Below are positions 15,713 through 18,692 of a DNA stretch of 18,692 nucleotides, piece after piece. The number at the start of each line of letters is the position of its first letter. The first letter of the stretch is position 1. The translations under genes were made by a program, and so were the position numbers. Location of the stretch: assembly GCA_048882385.1 (NCBI GenBank), contig JBHLRQ010000061.1:1-18692 (forward strand), given 5' to 3'. The DNA comes from Candidatus Thorarchaeota archaeon (GTDB lineage: Archaea; Asgardarchaeota; Thorarchaeia; Thorarchaeales; Thorarchaeaceae). The notes under the pieces are model-generated. The model searched no databases and was not told where the DNA came from. It saw only the letters and a program-made list of their open reading frames with translations.

Positions 15713-16891
15713 TTGCCTACCAATGTATCTCCTGAGTTCGATAGACAGAGAATAATTTACGAGGAAACTGAAGACCTTGCTCAGCGGATAGTAGAGCTTG
15801 AAAAACTCATATCTTTGGCCCCTAGGCACAAGGGTGCTGAGAGAATGAGAGGAGATTATAGAAAGAAATTAGCTACTCTCAAAGCTCAATTGGAAAAGAA
15901 GAGAGAACAGGAACGTACTCGTCGTGGAGGTGGAGGACAAGAGGAGGGCGTTGTTCGAAAGGAAGGTGCTGGACAGATCTGTCTCATAGGAGTTACGAAT
16001 AGTGGAAAGTCCTCACTAATCAATGGAGTAACTAATGCAGACCTAGATGTTGGAGACTATCCTTTCACTACAGCAATTCCAACACCAGCTATGTTGGCTC
16101 TGGAAGACATCAATATCCAGCTTGTTGAGCTTCCGGGTGTGTTCGAAGGTAGTCATGAAACTGGAATAGGTAGACAAGCATTGGCTGTGGCAAGAAACAC
16201 TGATTGTATTGCCCTTGTAATTGACCTTTCACAAGACATCGATGGACAAATGAAAATCATCCTCAGCGAACTTGACAAAGCACGTATTCGTCTCAACAAA
16301 GAAAAGTCCGCAATTAGGATTGAAAGAGTGGGTCTTGGTGGCCAGATGATTTATGGAGTCCAGAATTATCAAGGGGATATTGAAGAAGTTCGTGAGTATC
16401 TTAAGGCTCGGAGAATAACCAACATCATTGTACGCTTTCAGAAACCAGCAACCTTTGAACAGCTCATTGATGCAATGGATGCAAGTGTGGCATATGTACG
16501 AGCAATGGTTGTTGCCACTAAAGGTGATGCAGAAGGGTCTGAAGCAAGGTTCAAGGAATTAGAGAAGAAGTATGGTAATCGATTTGATATCATTCCAGTT
16601 TCTGCAAAAGCAAATGAGAACCTCGATGGAATGAGCTGGGCGTTCTATGAACATCTAGACATATTGAGAGTATACACCAAGATTCCTGGTAAAAAGAGAG
16701 AGGACAGACCTATTGTGCTCCCTGAAGGCTCTGTTGTGGAAGACGCTGCTGGAAAAGTGCACAAAGAACTTTTTGTAGAAAGATTTCGTTCCGCAGTCAT
16801 ACTTAGAGAGAATGACAAAATCAAAAGACGAACCGTAGGCCTCAACTACCCACTTCAAGATGGAGACATATTGCAGTTGGCTCACAGGTAG
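15713..16891 (+). CDS. OBG-family DRG/Rbg-like GTPase with C-terminal TGS domain
   Basis: MPTN N-terminus, PRHKG.E, G1 GVTNSGKS, G2 YPFTT, G3 ELPG, G4 TKGD, G5 SAK, TGS LRVYTK..P...VEDAA.KVHK..LQDGDIL. TTG start. Confidence 0.92.
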   Translation: MPTNVSPEFDRQRIIYEETEDLAQRIVELEKLISLAPRHKGAERMRGDYRKKLATLKAQLEKKREQERTRRGGGGQEEGVVRKEGAGQICLIGVTNSGKSSLINGVTNADLDVGDYPFTTAIPTPAMLALEDINIQLVELPGVFEGSHETGIGRQALAVARNTDCIALVIDLSQDIDGQMKIILSELDKARIRLNKEKSAIRIERVGLGGQMIYGVQNYQGDIEEVREYLKARRITNIIVRFQKPATFEQLIDAMDASVAYVRAMVVATKGDAEGSEARFKELEKKYGNRFDIIPVSAKANENLDGMSWAFYEHLDILRVYTKIPGKKREDRPIVLPEGSVVEDAAGKVHKELFVERFRSAVILRENDKIKRRTVGLNYPLQDGDILQLAHR

Positions 16892-16900
16892 TGATCGCAG

Positions 16901-17638
16901 TTGGTAGAATTTCCAAACTTGATTGTAGTTCTTGTGGGTCCAGAGAACCCAGGCAATGTTGGTTTTGTAGCCCGAGTATTGGCAAATTTCGGAGTACGTG
17001 AATTAAGATTGGTCGGAGAGGATCATCGTCAAAACCAGTTTGCACAGATGTTCTCTGTAAACGCTCACAAGTTACTGGACGATGCAATGGTCTTTGAGGA
17101 ATTGGGTTCTGCTCTATCTGACATAGATTTGGCTTGGGCAGCGACAGCAAGATTTGGAAGAAATCATAGTGTTACTAGAGCGCTAGTTCCTCTTGCTGAA
17201 CTGCCCGACCCAAACTCGCTGGAAGGACGAATTGCGCTGGTCTTTGGAAGAGAGAGTACTGGATTGTTCAACGACGAAATGGCACTATGTGATCTCGCGT
17301 TTACAGTGCCAGCCTCAAAGGACTATCCAAGTCTCAATCTCAGTCACGCTGTTTCAGTTGTACTCTATCATTTATTCTCAAAATATGCTCCTGAGGAACC
17401 TCGTAAACCTTCAGATGCCAGAGCTGCAACCTATCAGGAACGAGAGTATGTATACAGATTCTTTGATGATGTGGTTGACCAGCTGAACTTGAAGGAACAC
17501 AGGATACCTATAGCAAAACAGGTCTTCAGAAATCTTCTTGGACGAGCTTATATGACTGGAAGAGAAGTCGCTACGTTAACAGGTGTGGTACGGAGAATCA
17601 GTGAATTGATAAATGATAGCAAGGAGCTTGACTGCTAG
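16901..17638 (+). CDS. trmJ: SPOUT tRNA (cytidine/uridine-32 2'-O)-methyltransferase, TrmJ family
   Basis: VVLVGPENPGNVGFVAR.LANFG, ATAR, VFGRESTGL.NDE...CD, YPSLNLSHAV, C-terminal R....RE...L.G helix. Confidence 0.92.
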   Translation: MVEFPNLIVVLVGPENPGNVGFVARVLANFGVRELRLVGEDHRQNQFAQMFSVNAHKLLDDAMVFEELGSALSDIDLAWAATARFGRNHSVTRALVPLAELPDPNSLEGRIALVFGRESTGLFNDEMALCDLAFTVPASKDYPSLNLSHAVSVVLYHLFSKYAPEEPRKPSDARAATYQEREYVYRFFDDVVDQLNLKEHRIPIAKQVFRNLLGRAYMTGREVATLTGVVRRISELINDSKELDC

Positions 17639-17653
17639 TGGAGGATCTATGTA

Positions 17654-17992
17654 ATGGCAAATATCGTTACCTTGTGGGGTTATTGCAGTGGTTTTCTATA
17701 TGTTCTTGTCGTGCTCTCCTGGGAATTCATCAGAAGAAAGTTAGGACCGAAGTTGAATCAGCGGGAATACTCCATTCTTATCATTGTTATCAGTGTAGTT
17801 TTACCTCCACTTGTCATGATTTTATGGATTATATTGGTATTAACAACTAATCCTAGTGACTTGAACCAGATCATCTCAGATTCCTTGTTTTATGGCGGAA
17901 TATTAATGGTGTATATTCTGATATCAGCAATAGTTGGATGGCAATATTCTAAATTGTATCCAGTTAACGAAAGTAAAACGCTTGAAGACTAG
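17654..17992 (+). CDS. Hypothetical 3-TM membrane protein
   Basis: Three hydrophobic segments; SD GGAGG at 17640-17644. Stop overlaps the rpl10e stop. Confidence 0.7.
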   Translation: MANIVTLWGYCSGFLYVLVVLSWEFIRRKLGPKLNQREYSILIIVISVVLPPLVMILWIILVLTTNPSDLNQIISDSLFYGGILMVYILISAIVGWQYSKLYPVNESKTLED

Positions 17993-18528
17993 TTACCATA
18001 ACCCATCTTTCGTTTGATGTCTGGATCTATCTTGTCAAAGGAGATCTTGCATGGAGTAGGCATTTTTGGGGCAGCCTTCTTCAGCGCATCCATTGCCTGC
18101 TTGATGTAACGTGGACTGGTACGAATTGTAATCAAAGGCTGACCAGGTCTGACTCTCGCAGCAATGCCTATCACCTTGCCCCAAGCCTTCCTCATTCCAT
18201 CCTGAACACGATCTGCACCAGCTCCGGAAATCATCTTGTTCTCTCGAAGATAGTGGTATGGTTTTACGCGTATCCGAAGGTGATAGTTCTGTCTGCCTGC
18301 CCTTTTGGTCATGTGTCGGTTAGAAGCAATACGAGCAGCCTCAAGAGCCTGATGACGAATTTGGCACCTCTCAAGACCAACAAGTGAGAGCTCGACGTCA
18401 AAGTCTCCACCAGTATTTCCCATGTCAAAGCTGACTATTCGGCTAGCAGGTTGTCTGTGGATGTACTTTTTACGGACGAATGGGGGGCGATCACATTCTC
18501 GATAACAGTGTCCTGGGCGTTTTCCCAT
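17989..18528 (-). CDS. rpl10e: 50S ribosomal protein uL16 (L10e)
   Basis: MGKRPGHCYR, QIRHQALEAARIA.NR, LRENKMISGAGADRVQDGMRKAWGK..G.AARV, A..KMP. SD AGGTGA at 18535-18540. Confidence 0.98.
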   Translation of the reverse strand: MGKRPGHCYRECDRPPFVRKKYIHRQPASRIVSFDMGNTGGDFDVELSLVGLERCQIRHQALEAARIASNRHMTKRAGRQNYHLRIRVKPYHYLRENKMISGAGADRVQDGMRKAWGKVIGIAARVRPGQPLITIRTSPRYIKQAMDALKKAAPKMPTPCKISFDKIDPDIKRKMGYGN

Positions 18529-18550
18529 TATGTTTCACCTGATTGGTCTT

Positions 18551-18586
18551 TTAGCCTGCCCACTGGGCAAGACTAAGCGAAACCGC
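18551..18586 (-). promoter_or_regulatory. Palindromic/structured element between the TATA box and SD of rpl10e
   Basis: TTAG-CC-TGCCCA-C-TGGGCA-AGA-CTAA followed by GCG-AAAC-CGC. TATA-like TTTTATT (minus strand) at 18596-18602. Confidence 0.5.
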
Positions 18587-18692
18587 AGATGTTTGAATAA
18601 AAGGGTTATGGACTGTGACTTATTGAAAATTGAAAACTAGCTTTCTATGAGAATAAAACACCCTACTCTGAATGAGTTCTGAGAGAGAACCA

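Noticed and set aside
17638-17850. 70-aa alternate-frame ORF after trmJ
   Set aside because: It overlaps the SD-supported 112-aa membrane ORF, which has coherent TM segments.
1-18692. CRISPR array, tRNA/rRNA/SRP RNA, IS element, integrase or intein
   Set aside because: No spaced repeats, cloverleaf, transposase or recombinase motifs were seen. Intergenic gaps are too short for SRP RNA, and AtpA and Hef are of normal length.

Overview
Gene-dense archaeal chromosomal segment, probably from an Asgard archaeon and possibly Thorarchaeia-like. That assignment is an inference from the eukaryote-like SRP54 and uL16/L10e motifs, GGTGA/GGAGG Shine-Dalgarno sites and BRE-TATA promoters. Gene order: Hef/FANCM helicase-ERCC4 nuclease, two tandem winged-HTH regulators, archaeal GlmU, a TIGR03960-like radical SAM protein, DUF2095, a convergent pair (orphan ORF plus DUF6884/YaaA-like protein), a fragmented A/V-type ATPase cluster (atpF-atpA-[UDG]-[4-TM duplicated membrane protein]-atpB, with no atpD and no I/K/E/C), pyrI without pyrB, srp54, a shortened TrmY-like protein, a DRG-type GTPase, trmJ, a small membrane protein and rpl10e. 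No tRNA, rRNA, CRISPR array, transposase or integrase was seen. Most of the window is housekeeping, and no complete novel system can be claimed from sequence alone. The best leads are the tandem pilin-like membrane protein inside the split ATPase cluster, the two-gene insert where atpD is expected, a knot-less TrmY-like protein, and several palindromic operator-like elements, including GCCCA-N-TGGGC found twice.
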